Source of the DNA: a virus
DNA: 64,000 nucleotides
Virus record (IMG/VR): IMGVR_UViG_3300020448_000003
Span: 35,009-99,008 of that record
Reading direction: 5' to 3' (one strand)
Part shown: piece after piece, positions 10,774 to 18,268 of the stretch
Layout of the letters: each line of letters opens with the position of its first letter
How positions within the stretch are numbered: position 1 is the stretch's first letter
Made by a program: the position numbers and the translations under genes
Notes under the pieces: model-generated
The model's database searches: none
Seen by the model: the letters and a program-made list of their open reading frames with translations, nothing else
What the model was told of the DNA's origin: nothing

Positions 10774-11327
10774 TAGAAGTAATTTAGATTTAGAACGACT
10801 CTATTTTGTGTATTCGTACAGGATGTACCGCTATGAGGTGTATTGACAGGAAAGGTAACTAAACGGTTCGCCTTTGATTCCACCTCTTCACCTGTACCAA
10901 AAAAGGTATAACCATCATTATCATTTAGATAGAATATACCAGTAGTAGCACCAGCAAATTCATTTTCTCCATAGTTACCGACATCAGTATGCAGTTCATA
11001 CCTTACCAGTTCCTTCGTACGAAAGTTTAGGTTTGCTTTAACTCTTATTATAGCACGAGGTTTAATAGTATTCAATAAAGGCAATACAGCATCGTATGCA
11101 CTACTCGTAGGTACACCATTCTCATATAACGTGTTAGTTAGTTGCCAGTTATCTAATTCATTCTCCTTTAGTTCTTCATATACAATACTCGCCACGTGAA
11201 ACACTTTAGTCGAGACATACCAAGGAATATCCCCAGATAACATATATTCACGTAGGTTACAGAACTCCTGCTCCTTCATAAAGTTATCGTATATTTGTAC
11301 TTTAGGTGTAAATTTCAGTAATTCCAT
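10773..11327 (-). CDS. 2OG-Fe(II) oxygenase
   Basis: LHTD..IFYLNDNDGYT..PHSG..RVVLNLNY: HxD...H facial triad plus Arg. Confidence 0.85.
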   Translation of the reverse strand: MELLKFTPKVQIYDNFMKEQEFCNLREYMLSGDIPWYVSTKVFHVASIVYEELKENELDNWQLTNTLYENGVPTSSAYDAVLPLLNTIKPRAIIRVKANLNFRTKELVRYELHTDVGNYGENEFAGATTGIFYLNDNDGYTFFGTGEEVESKANRLVTFPVNTPHSGTSCTNTQNRVVLNLNYF

Positions 11328-11375
11328 TGAGTCGGGACGACGTTCGGGGGCACACGGTTATATAGGGTTTAATAC

Positions 11376-11573
11376 CTATTCTATAAAACCATCAGCATCT
11401 AGTTTATCACAGATACCCTGCCATATCTTTTGTACACGTGCCAGTGGAGCACCTCCACAGACCTCTGATTTGTAGATAAGGCACCATCTAGCACTGTTGC
11501 ATATAAGTTGCCTCTCTTCTGCTGTGAGAGTGATATTAAATGTCTGAGGAGTATTCTCTTTCGGTTCTGGCAT
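11376..11573 (-). CDS. Small hypothetical protein (I-x-L-T-x-x-E family)
   Basis: ORF with RBS; motif shared with several early microproteins. Confidence 0.6.
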   Translation of the reverse strand: MPEPKENTPQTFNITLTAEERQLICNSARWCLIYKSEVCGGAPLARVQKIWQGICDKLDADGFIE

Positions 11574-11700
11574 AAAAGTCTACTGCCCCTTGGAAGTAAC
11601 CAAGAACTCGTTCAATCTCCTTACTGTTTCCATTACTGTCACGATAACTCATAAGTGCATCATAGCACAATTTTTGCTCTGATAGGGTTAATTTGTTCAT
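11536..11700 (-). CDS. Small hypothetical protein (54 aa, MNKLTLSEQKLCYDALMSY...)
   Basis: Read by hand; ATGA overlap with the upstream ORF stop. Confidence 0.55.
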   Translation of the reverse strand: MNKLTLSEQKLCYDALMSYRDSNGNSKEIERVLGYFQGAVDFYARTEREYSSDI

Positions 11701-11855
11701 CTTGCTCTGTCTATTGTTATAGTATCCCCATCGATACCAAATTCGATCTCATCGCCTTCCATAAGGTCTGCCTCAGAGATTAACCAGTCTGGAATCTTTA
11801 CATATATCTCGCCAGTTTCTTCGTCCTCTAGGATTGTGGCGATGTTTCTACGCAT
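11697..11855 (-). CDS. AbrB/MazE/SpoVT-like DNA-binding protein (52 aa)
   Basis: Read by hand: MRRNIATILEDEETGEIYVKIPDWLISEADLMEGDEIEFGIDGDTITIDRAR. Pattern G-x-x-x-V-x-IP..L-x-EGD-x-I-x-F..I-x-I is the swapped-hairpin signature. Confidence 0.7.
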   Translation of the reverse strand: MRRNIATILEDEETGEIYVKIPDWLISEADLMEGDEIEFGIDGDTITIDRAR

Positions 11856-12264
11856 TCTTTCTGATAACATATAGTGTCGAAGGTATATAGGATTCTACAG
11901 CTTCTATACGTGATATGTCAAATGCTTTATGATGTAATAAGTAACCATCGCCAATATAAGCAGCACAGTGATTCATACGTTTATCAAATTTCATCAGTAG
12001 AAGGTCGTAAATCTGTAAATCGTCTATATCGAACACTTCGCCCATAGTGGATGTTTTTATCACAGACCATCCTTCATCCTCCCATAAGTCCTTTAAGAAC
12101 TCTTTTGCGGTAAATGAGTAATCTTCTTTACAGGTATGAATTCCTTTAGCAATTCCAAACTCATATAGAAGGGTAAAGCATCCCCCTCCACGTGTCTGCG
12201 ACCACTCTTTCCCAAGGAAATCAGAGTATTCCGCTTCTTTTTGTAATCGAACCTTTTTTGTCAT
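11848..12264 (-). CDS. NlpC/P60 family peptidase
   Basis: GGCFTLL (catalytic Cys), DLLLM..NHCAAYIGDGYLLHH (His pair). Confidence 0.75.
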   Translation of the reverse strand: MTKKVRLQKEAEYSDFLGKEWSQTRGGGCFTLLYEFGIAKGIHTCKEDYSFTAKEFLKDLWEDEGWSVIKTSTMGEVFDIDDLQIYDLLLMKFDKRMNHCAAYIGDGYLLHHKAFDISRIEAVESYIPSTLYVIRKNA

Positions 12265-12384
12265 TTTTTTCTGGGACCTTTTTTTTCTATATGGGGTACC
12301 TTAAAAGTCTTTTTCGATAATATATGTCGTCCTATACTTTTGTAGGTTACACTAAAAACAAAAATTATATGTTGAAAAATGTTA

Positions 12385-12624
12385 CTAACTGTCCGCTATT
12401 CCTACCTCATAAAGTAATCCTTCGAGAACATAATAATCTGCTAGTTGTTTATACTTAGTCAGGTTAATCTGTCCAGTATCTAACAAGAACTGTAGCAACT
12501 CTATTTGTTCATTAGGGGGTAAGGATTGCTCTTCTATAAGTGTATAGAATCCTCGCAACTTCTCAGTTAGGGTAATACTTTTGTCTGTGTAATCCTCCTG
12601 GAATTGTTTACTATTAGTAGGCAT
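12385..12624 (-). CDS. Hypothetical protein
   Basis: ORF downstream of a consensus sigma70 promoter. Confidence 0.65.
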   Translation of the reverse strand: MPTNSKQFQEDYTDKSITLTEKLRGFYTLIEEQSLPPNEQIELLQFLLDTGQINLTKYKQLADYYVLEGLLYEVGIADS

Positions 12625-12666
12625 AAGTTAGTGGGTAATTGTTATTACTTAGTGTCTACATTTAGT

Positions 12667-12695
12667 ATTATAGAGTATAAACAAATAAATGTCAA
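12667..12695 (-). promoter_or_regulatory. Consensus sigma70-type promoter
   Basis: TTGACA-17-TATAAT. Confidence 0.8.
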
Positions 12696-12732
12696 ATATG
12701 CCCCTGAGATATGTGGGAATCCTCGGATATAC

Positions 12733-12761
12733 TTGCAAAGGTCTCTGTTCTGTGCTAATCT
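12733..12761 (+). promoter_or_regulatory. Putative divergent sigma70 promoter with extended -10
   Basis: TTGCAA-17-TAATCT with TGTG before the -10; no credible plus-strand gene follows. Confidence 0.4.
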
Positions 12762-12877
12762 GCTAAGACTGCTATACCTCTGCATATTTCTGATTGTTAT
12801 ACAGATAAACAAAATACTTACCTATATTTATTTGTATATTTCCGATATGCTCCCATTTCTCTCTTATTGGTCTTATT

Positions 12878-13207
12878 TCATTCCCATTTAAGATTAGTTG
12901 AAACATCGTTTAATTTATTTTTGTCTATATGGATAACGTTTAAATCTGGGTTATCCGTAAAAATAAATGCAAGTGCGGTAAGTCTAGCAGCACGTCTAAC
13001 AACTGTTTTATTTTGTTGTCTTAATGTGACCCTCCTGTATCCGTTTTCATTTAGATGGATTTTTAATTTCTTCCATTTCCCCCATTTAGTGCTGTAAATG
13101 TCCCCAAGGTTAGAAACATAATAATCTTCATAGTTCGGGATAGGTTTATACAAAATACCTTCCTCATCCTGATAGGTATTTTCATCGATCTTTTTAAATG
13201 GGTTCAT
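12878..13207 (-). CDS. NUMOD4-HNH homing-endonuclease-like protein, possibly degenerate
   Basis: YKPIPNYEDYYVSNLGDIYS (NUMOD4), GYRRVTL..RLTALAF..VIHIDKNKLND..NLKW. Confidence 0.75.
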   Translation of the reverse strand: MNPFKKIDENTYQDEEGILYKPIPNYEDYYVSNLGDIYSTKWGKWKKLKIHLNENGYRRVTLRQQNKTVVRRAARLTALAFIFTDNPDLNVIHIDKNKLNDVSTNLKWE

Positions 13208-13235
13208 AGTCTTTTAACAAATAGGCGGGCGAAAT

Positions 13236-13886
13236 TCAAAAACAGTTAAACGTCAAGGTTAATCGGTTCGGTGTACTGTTTAATTCAAAACCTCGTGATA
13301 GGTTACTAGGGAATATTAATATATCGCCTTCCGATGTTGGTATGTCCTGAGTAAGGTTATTAAAAGGCGTTATTTTTTCGTGTTTTCCCTGCATAATGGG
13401 ATAATGTGGGGAACCGATTGCCCGATTGAATTTAAGAGGACTATGTTTATCTGGTAAGAAATTTATAAAATAACAACCTGAGTATAAAACATTGCTCTGT
13501 TCGTGGGGTGCATACATCGATTCTGCTCCAGCAACCTCAATAATGCTATCCGCAAATTGGATTTCCTGGAAGTTTTTCCACTCATAGCAATATGATTGAG
13601 AATTAACCTCAAATACTGCTTTTTGTATGGTCTCCTTAATGGTAGCAAGTGCCTGATGTTCTAATATGGCATTATCCCCTAATTGCGTTATATTGTAGCA
13701 TATAGACGTTTTTGGGGATGGGATGCAAGTTTTAGGATCAATTTGATCCAAAAAGTCAACTAGGATTGCTTTATGTTCATTATGTTTTTTGTTTGTATAT
13801 TTTCCTATAGGAACCATAAACAACCCATAAACCGATGTATCCGTTACTGATTGCGTTAGATTATCCGATAGAATAGACTCATCCAT
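13236..13886 (-). CDS. 2OG-Fe(II) oxygenase-fold protein (TIGR02466-like) with altered metal ligands
   Basis: LFMVPI..PHEQSN.LYSGCYFI..EGDILIFPSNLSRG..RLTLTFN. Confidence 0.7.
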   Translation of the reverse strand: MDESILSDNLTQSVTDTSVYGLFMVPIGKYTNKKHNEHKAILVDFLDQIDPKTCIPSPKTSICYNITQLGDNAILEHQALATIKETIQKAVFEVNSQSYCYEWKNFQEIQFADSIIEVAGAESMYAPHEQSNVLYSGCYFINFLPDKHSPLKFNRAIGSPHYPIMQGKHEKITPFNNLTQDIPTSEGDILIFPSNLSRGFELNSTPNRLTLTFNCF

Positions 13887-13898
13887 AAATTAAACCAT

Positions 13899-13929
13899 AA
13901 AAAAATAGAGGTAAATTAATACCTCTATT
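13899..13929 (-). terminator. Intrinsic terminator-like hairpin directly downstream of a promoter
   Basis: AATAGAGGTA-6-TACCTCTATT stem followed by a T-tract on the minus strand. Confidence 0.65.
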
Positions 13930-13958
13930 ATTATATAGGTAGTTTTAAACCCTGTCAA
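13930..13958 (-). promoter_or_regulatory. Consensus sigma70-type promoter
   Basis: TTGACA-17-TATAAT. Confidence 0.8.
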
Positions 13959-13959
13959 A

Positions 13960-14295
13960 TTACCAAGTGGTCATAATGTGCATACCATTGTCAAAATCCC
14001 TTACGAGACCTCTACCACTCTGTAAAAACCAATTCCAGTTTTTCTGAAACACTCTAGCACCATTTAGAAATTCTGAGCATATTGCGTTAAGTCTGGATTT
14101 AGTTGTATTAGATTGCCAACCTCCATCGAATAGTGTAACCTCAACAACGTTGCCATCCCTGTAGATAGTTGCTATTAAATTGCTATGTAAGTAAACTCTG
14201 CTCTCGTTACCAGTAGTGAAAATTGCTGTATTACCTGATGTGAAATTTGTTTGATTGCGAAGTGCATTGTTCATTCTCATTTCAATTTTTCTCAT
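13960..14295 (-). CDS. Cyanophage early hypothetical protein (MRKIE.. type)
   Basis: Strong RBS AAGGAG; behind a cassette promoter; DGGWQSNTTKSRLNA motif. Confidence 0.75.
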   Translation of the reverse strand: MRKIEMRMNNALRNQTNFTSGNTAIFTTGNESRVYLHSNLIATIYRDGNVVEVTLFDGGWQSNTTKSRLNAICSEFLNGARVFQKNWNWFLQSGRGLVRDFDNGMHIMTTW

Positions 14296-14326
14296 TTGGA
14301 TTTTCTCCTTTGTTGCTTATAGTACT

Positions 14327-14385
14327 ATTATAGAGGATTGACACCTGTATTCAATACAGAATGTGACACTAATAAAAGTGTCACA
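14327..14385 (-). promoter_or_regulatory. Early promoter cassette 1: perfect palindrome TGTGACACT-N6-AGTGTCACA plus TTGAAT-16-TATAAT
   Basis: Palindrome 14362-14385, -35 at 14349-14354, -10 at 14327-14332. Confidence 0.8.
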
Positions 14386-14400
14386 AGATCGATTGACTTT

Positions 14401-14793
14401 TTAGTATTTTATCATCTTATTATCCATTAAGATAACAGTATAGAATTTCTGTAAAAGATTTCTGTACTTTATAGTTTGCATATCGTAATTTGCATCTTTA
14501 ACAAATGCAATATAGGATACTTTAGAGAATTTTGTTTTATCAATATGGATTGCTCTGTAATCGTCTGCTGATATGTCATCCTGTGCAATGTCATATACAA
14601 CTTTTCCTACTACAGTACCGCCAATAAGGATATTTGCAAATGCTCCTCTCTGGTGATAGAGGTGATGTAATGATACATTATTTTTCCAACTTCCGTTACC
14701 ATATGAATCGATTGCTGTTAAAAGTAACCTCTGGTAGGTGTCTAACCTTACTGTCTTGTTAGAGTGCTTTGCAAGTACTTTTGTGAAACCCAT
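14401..14793 (-). CDS. Hypothetical protein, probable distant paralog of 13960..14295
   Basis: Behind cassette 2; DANYDMQTIKYRNLL resembles DGGWQSNTTKSRLNA. Confidence 0.65.
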   Translation of the reverse strand: MGFTKVLAKHSNKTVRLDTYQRLLLTAIDSYGNGSWKNNVSLHHLYHQRGAFANILIGGTVVGKVVYDIAQDDISADDYRAIHIDKTKFSKVSYIAFVKDANYDMQTIKYRNLLQKFYTVILMDNKMIKY

Positions 14794-14821
14794 AAATTTT
14801 TCCTTTGTTTGCTATACCTCT

Positions 14822-14880
14822 ATTATAGTGGGTTGACACCTGTATTCAACATTGAGTATGACACTAATTAAACTGTCATA
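14822..14880 (-). promoter_or_regulatory. Early promoter cassette 2
   Basis: TATGACAC-N8-CTGTCATA at 14857-14880; TTGAAT-16-TATAAT. Confidence 0.75.
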
Positions 14881-15122
14881 GGGGTCATTGACTCTATTAA
14901 ATCTATCTGCTTATAGTCGTAAACAGGCATTTTATAATGTATATTATTTGTTAAATGTAACTGTGGACTTGTTTCCTCGTCATATCTAACAAATACCTGA
15001 TAATTGGAACCTCGAAATCTCACATAATCCCCAACTCCAATATCCTGGAATTTCTTATACTTTTGTAATTTAAGTTCACTCATAACGATTTGATTGTAAA
15101 GATTTTCTGATAATGGTTGCAT
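14868..15122 (-). CDS. Hypothetical protein (possible SH3/KOW-like: IGVGDYVRFRG)
   Basis: ORF with TAATG coupling. Confidence 0.6.
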   Translation of the reverse strand: MQPLSENLYNQIVMSELKLQKYKKFQDIGVGDYVRFRGSNYQVFVRYDEETSPQLHLTNNIHYKMPVYDYKQIDLIESMTPMTV

Positions 15123-15322
15123 TATTCAATACCGCCATTTATGTAAGGTAAAAGCATCCATTGATATTTGTTGATTGCTTCATTCGGGTCGATGCCATCA
15201 ACAATATACTCATTAAAAACTGCTTTACTGTCTTCAATACGATTGTCTTCTACCAACTTACCTAGACGTTGAAAATAATGCTCTGTAAGTTGGTCGATGA
15301 TCTGCTCTCTGTCAATTTCCAT
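15122..15322 (-). CDS. Hypothetical protein
   Basis: ORF with TAATG coupling. Confidence 0.6.
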   Translation of the reverse strand: MEIDREQIIDQLTEHYFQRLGKLVEDNRIEDSKAVFNEYIVDGIDPNEAINKYQWMLLPYINGGIE

Positions 15323-15340
15323 AATAATAAAATGAATGAA

Positions 15341-15859
15341 TTAAATAATTTGTAACCCAACTGAATAGATATACTTTTCAGATAGGGTATATCCTAATCT
15401 AGGGTCTTTTTTTACCTTTTTACTGTGAAATTGCCTTTCAAGGTTAGGTAATAGTTTATCATAGACTTGTTTCGCTGTGAGTCTCCACACTTCTACAATT
15501 TTACCATCCTCATATCTTGCGAAATAATGATGATGGTATTTTCCTATCTTTTCATTAAGGATATAATCAACTTGCTTTTCCCAAGTGTCTTGAACTGATA
15601 TACCATTGTAAGTTGCTGTTAATTTCTTACCAATAGTTGATTTATATTCTACTGGTAGGTCATACTTATCGTAAGCATCCGCACCAGAATAGTCATCCGC
15701 AACCCTATGACCTAATATCCCTGCCATATGAATTTCTCTTGATCTGGCATATGAAAATGGGTCTCCCCATCCTTCAGTATTACAGATTTCATACATTTCT
15801 TCAAAGAGTCTTGTATATCTCTGTTCTGCTGTTTCTTTTATCATCGGTAGCGAAATCAT
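15341..15859 (-). CDS. PD-(D/E)XK nuclease, PvuII-like restriction-endonuclease fold
   Basis: GADAYD..VEYKS catalytic motif; KIGKY..FARYEDGKIVEVWRL..DPRL parallels PvuII GNDAVD..YELKS..IIAKY..FAIY..AIYRL..NPKI (recalled). Start moved to 15859 because the promoter lies inside the longer ORF call. Confidence 0.65.
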   Translation of the reverse strand: MISLPMIKETAEQRYTRLFEEMYEICNTEGWGDPFSYARSREIHMAGILGHRVADDYSGADAYDKYDLPVEYKSTIGKKLTATYNGISVQDTWEKQVDYILNEKIGKYHHHYFARYEDGKIVEVWRLTAKQVYDKLLPNLERQFHSKKVKKDPRLGYTLSEKYIYSVGLQII

Positions 15860-15881
15860 TTTTTTTGTTTGAATTACTTTT

Positions 15882-15940
15882 ATTATAAGGGATTTTATAC
15901 CCAATTCTAGGTAGAGTGTGACACATAATTAACTGTCCTT
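15882..15940 (-). promoter_or_regulatory. Early promoter cassette 3
   Basis: TGTGACAC-N8-CTGTC at 15917; TAGAAT-16-TATAAT. Confidence 0.7.
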
Positions 15941-16117
15941 CCAGAAGTTATAAAGTACATCATTTGTGTTAATGTCCTCAACATAACTAAATCCGTGGTC
16001 AAGTGCCATTTCTTCACAATATCTTTTAGCACTCTCGAAACAACCTGTTAAAACTTCAGATTGTCCGAGTGGTGTATCAGGTGTTACAATTTTGAACTCT
16101 AGGTCTCCGTATCTCAT
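15929..16117 (-). CDS. Small hypothetical protein
   Basis: ORF with GAGG RBS. Confidence 0.6.
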   Translation of the reverse strand: MRYGDLEFKIVTPDTPLGQSEVLTGCFESAKRYCEEMALDHGFSYVEDINTNDVLYNFWKDS

Positions 16118-16119
16118 TT

Positions 16120-16308
16120 TTAAATTCCTCTTACATTATTTGAAAGATTTGTTTCTGTCGCTTGACATACATTATCAACGAGATTGTCGAAAGTCTGCAT
16201 ATCCCAACCTTTTTGTGATGGAATATCTAACTCATATGCCATCATTACTAGGTCATATAAGAAATCATACTGTGATGATGTGACTTCGATGTTTAAACCT
16301 TTTTTCAT
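16120..16308 (-). CDS. Small hypothetical protein
   Basis: AAGGAG RBS behind cassette 4. Confidence 0.7.
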   Translation of the reverse strand: MKKGLNIEVTSSQYDFLYDLVMMAYELDIPSQKGWDMQTFDNLVDNVCQATETNLSNNVRGI

Positions 16309-16333
16309 AAATCTCCTTTGTTTCTATAGTTCT

Positions 16334-16392
16334 ATTATAAAGGATTGAATCCTGTATTCAACATTTAATGTGACACTAATATAACTGTCACA
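16334..16392 (-). promoter_or_regulatory. Early promoter cassette 4
   Basis: TGTGACACTAATATAACTGTCACA at 16369-16392; TTGAAT-16-TATAAT. Confidence 0.8.
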
Positions 16393-16394
16393 CA

Positions 16395-16556
16395 TCAACT
16401 TGACTTATGGTAAAATCGCTGATCTAATTCTAAGTCTCGGATGACATATTTACAGGCAACTCTTAAATCCTCGTCATCTATCTCATAATCAGCAAATTCA
16501 ACAAGTTCAAAAATCTTGTTATATAAATCGTACATCTGATTGTCGTTAGTTCTCAT
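16395..16556 (-). CDS. Small acidic hypothetical protein (53 aa, MRTNDNQMYDLYNKIFEL...)
   Basis: Read by hand; TAATG coupling. Confidence 0.6.
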   Translation of the reverse strand: MRTNDNQMYDLYNKIFELVEFADYEIDDEDLRVACKYVIRDLELDQRFYHKSS

Positions 16557-16732
16557 TAATCTATCCTCTCGTCATAAATGCGAATTGATAACTCTGCATC
16601 CTGAGTTAATGTGATGCCTTCCTTATCAAGTGCTTCCCATATCAGGTTAGCAAGTTTTGAGTGCTTATCCTCTGGGATAACTTCCCATAAATTGATGTAT
16701 CCATCAAGTTCTAACGATTGTTTGTAGTTCAT
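16556..16732 (-). CDS. Small hypothetical protein (58 aa, MNYKQSLELDGYINLWEV...)
   Basis: Read by hand; abuts the upstream stop, GAGG RBS. Confidence 0.6.
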   Translation of the reverse strand: MNYKQSLELDGYINLWEVIPEDKHSKLANLIWEALDKEGITLTQDAELSIRIYDERID

Positions 16733-16942
16733 TTAAAAATCCTCAACTGTAAGATTGTTTACTGCATCAAAACATTTTTCTTGCATAGAGTCAAATGTTG
16801 ATTTATCATTAGTGATAACGTCTAACGTATCTTTAAAAATAGATGTAGAATTATTATCAAAGTCTTTTTTGTTTTTTAAAGTAGCACTTAATAAACGTGT
16901 TAATGATTGATGCTCCTCTAGTGTTAATTTAATTATTGGCAT
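16733..16942 (-). CDS. Small hypothetical protein (I-x-L-T-x-x-E family)
   Basis: ORF with TAATG coupling. Confidence 0.65.
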   Translation of the reverse strand: MPIIKLTLEEHQSLTRLLSATLKNKKDFDNNSTSIFKDTLDVITNDKSTFDSMQEKCFDAVNNLTVEDF

Positions 16943-17097
16943 TATCCCATATCCTCAAATCTTTTGTAAGCAAGTGCGGATGCTTCCTCTTCAATTTGTA
17001 ATCTTGAAATTACATCCCACTTATACTTTTCAAATAATTCTGCTAAACACTCCTCATAGAGTGATTCAAGTAACTGGTCATTTACTGGATGTGACAT
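16942..17097 (-). CDS. Small hypothetical protein (51 aa, MSHPVNDQLLESLYEECL...)
   Basis: Read by hand; GGAGG RBS. Confidence 0.6.
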   Translation of the reverse strand: MSHPVNDQLLESLYEECLAELFEKYKWDVISRLQIEEEASALAYKRFEDMG

Positions 17098-17099
17098 TT

Positions 17100-17255
17100 T
17101 TAACCCTCCACAACTATAAAGTGGTCATCGAAAAATGTGTTTTGAGTTGACTTTTTGTATAGGTCTTCAACTGTGCAACCCTTACGTCTAGCAACTTGTC
17201 TTGCTATCATTTTTTCCCATCTTAGGAATGATTCATAACGTTGTTTGTTAGTCAC
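17100..17255 (-). CDS. Small hypothetical protein (51 aa, GTG start, MTNKQRYESFLRWEK...)
   Basis: Read by hand; AAGGAG RBS behind cassette 5. Confidence 0.6.
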   Translation of the reverse strand: MTNKQRYESFLRWEKMIARQVARRKGCTVEDLYKKSTQNTFFDDHFIVVEG

Positions 17256-17282
17256 GTTTTTCTCCTTTGTTTCTATACTATT

Positions 17283-17341
17283 ATTATAAGGGATGGATAC
17301 CAGTATTCAACATTTGATGTGACACTAATATAACTGTCACA
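17283..17341 (-). promoter_or_regulatory. Early promoter cassette 5
   Basis: TGTGACACTAATATAACTGTCACA at 17318-17341, identical to cassette 4; TTGAAT-16-TATAAT. Confidence 0.8.
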
Positions 17342-17349
17342 CATATTGT

Positions 17350-17517
17350 TTACTTATCATACAATGGATAATAAACTTCTTTATCAACTGCATCCTTCAT
17401 AACCTCATACATTGAAAATGCAGGGTCAGATAAGTCATCACAATATTTAAGTGTGTCAATAACCATATCCATAAGTTTAATAATGGTCTTTTCTCTTGTA
17501 GTTAATGTTTTTGGCAT
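17350..17517 (-). CDS. Small hypothetical protein (55 aa, MPKTLTTREKTIIKLM...)
   Basis: Read by hand. Confidence 0.55.
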   Translation of the reverse strand: MPKTLTTREKTIIKLMDMVIDTLKYCDDLSDPAFSMYEVMKDAVDKEVYYPLYDK

Positions 17518-17518
17518 T

Positions 17519-17707
17519 TTAATTAGTGTAGAATTGTGAAGTTGTATCTGTGTAAGAATCTCTTAATTGTTTAGAAATTCCTGGAACTTTTACTCTAAAT
17601 TCCCAATATTTTGTTTTTGGGTTATAATCAAGTTTATTGGTTATATAATTCCCATAAGGGCAAGAATCTAACCACTCATTAAATTTTACAAAATTGTCCT
17701 GACTCAT
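17519..17707 (-). CDS. Small hypothetical protein (MSQDNFVKFNEWLDSCP...)
   Basis: GAGG RBS before ATG 17707. Confidence 0.6.
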   Translation of the reverse strand: MSQDNFVKFNEWLDSCPYGNYITNKLDYNPKTKYWEFRVKVPGISKQLRDSYTDTTSQFYTN

Positions 17708-17708
17708 T

Positions 17709-17921
17709 TTAAATACCTCTGTTTGCAATTTTTAATACTGTGGACTCTATTTCCTGTAATTTGATGTGGTCTTGAATCCTACTATTCTCATTACTTAGTA
17801 AGGGAATATAGTCCTCTAAAATATCATCTAAAAGTTGCTCTCTTAGTGATAGAGGGTAATCTGATAGAAGTATATCTTTAATATCTTCTATTAACAACTT
17901 ATCGTAGTTTTTAGTTGTCAT
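17709..17921 (-). CDS. Small acidic protein, paralog of 17911..18108
   Basis: REQLLDDILEDY versus RENILNDILEDY. Confidence 0.65.
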   Translation of the reverse strand: MTTKNYDKLLIEDIKDILLSDYPLSLREQLLDDILEDYIPLLSNENSRIQDHIKLQEIESTVLKIANRGI

Positions 17922-18108
17922 TGTTCAATTTCTCCATAATAGGGAACATAAAATCATCGATTGCTTCGATCATATCATCATCTAGACCTTCAAAGTAATC
18001 CTCTAAAATATCATTTAAGATATTTTCTCTATGAACTCTAGTGATCTTATCATTCAGAATGAAATTTGCTATATCATTCTGTAGTTTTTCTTTTTCTTTA
18101 GTCATCAT
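17911..18108 (-). CDS. Small acidic protein, paralog of 17709..17921
   Basis: Shared DI..RExxLxDILEDY motif. Confidence 0.65.
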   Translation of the reverse strand: MMTKEKEKLQNDIANFILNDKITRVHRENILNDILEDYFEGLDDDMIEAIDDFMFPIMEKLNNDN

Positions 18109-18268
18109 CGTGATCTATCTCCAAAGAATCAATAAAAGAAACACAATATTGAGTAAATTTCTTAACATCAATAGGTGCAACTTTATCGTTTTCTTCTCCA
18201 ATATAATAAAATTGCTTATTGATACTAGAGATCAAATTAAGAAGTGCTGTTTCGTTTTTTGTGTACAT
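18098..18268 (-). CDS. Small hypothetical protein (56 aa, MYTKNETALLNLISSINKQFYY...)
   Basis: Read by hand; TAATG coupling. Confidence 0.55.
   Translation of the reverse strand: MYTKNETALLNLISSINKQFYYIGEENDKVAPIDVKKFTQYCVSFIDSLEIDHDDD

Noticed and set aside
11330-11360. GC-rich intergenic patch as tRNA or terminator
   Set aside because: Too short, with no cloverleaf or stable stem plus T-tract. No tRNA or rRNA was recognised anywhere in the window.
12604-13097. Plus-strand ORFs 12604..12891 and 12867..13097
   Set aside because: They overlap promoters and the HNH gene, have low-information composition and lack an RBS.
14362-14385. Dyad as a CRP or NtcA site
   Set aside because: Spacing is TGTGA-N14-TCACA rather than N6, and it does not match GTA-N8-TAC.
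15860-15904. N-terminal extension of the PvuII-like ORF as called in the track
   Set aside because: It spans the -10 box of cassette 3; the start is more likely 15859 or the next Met.
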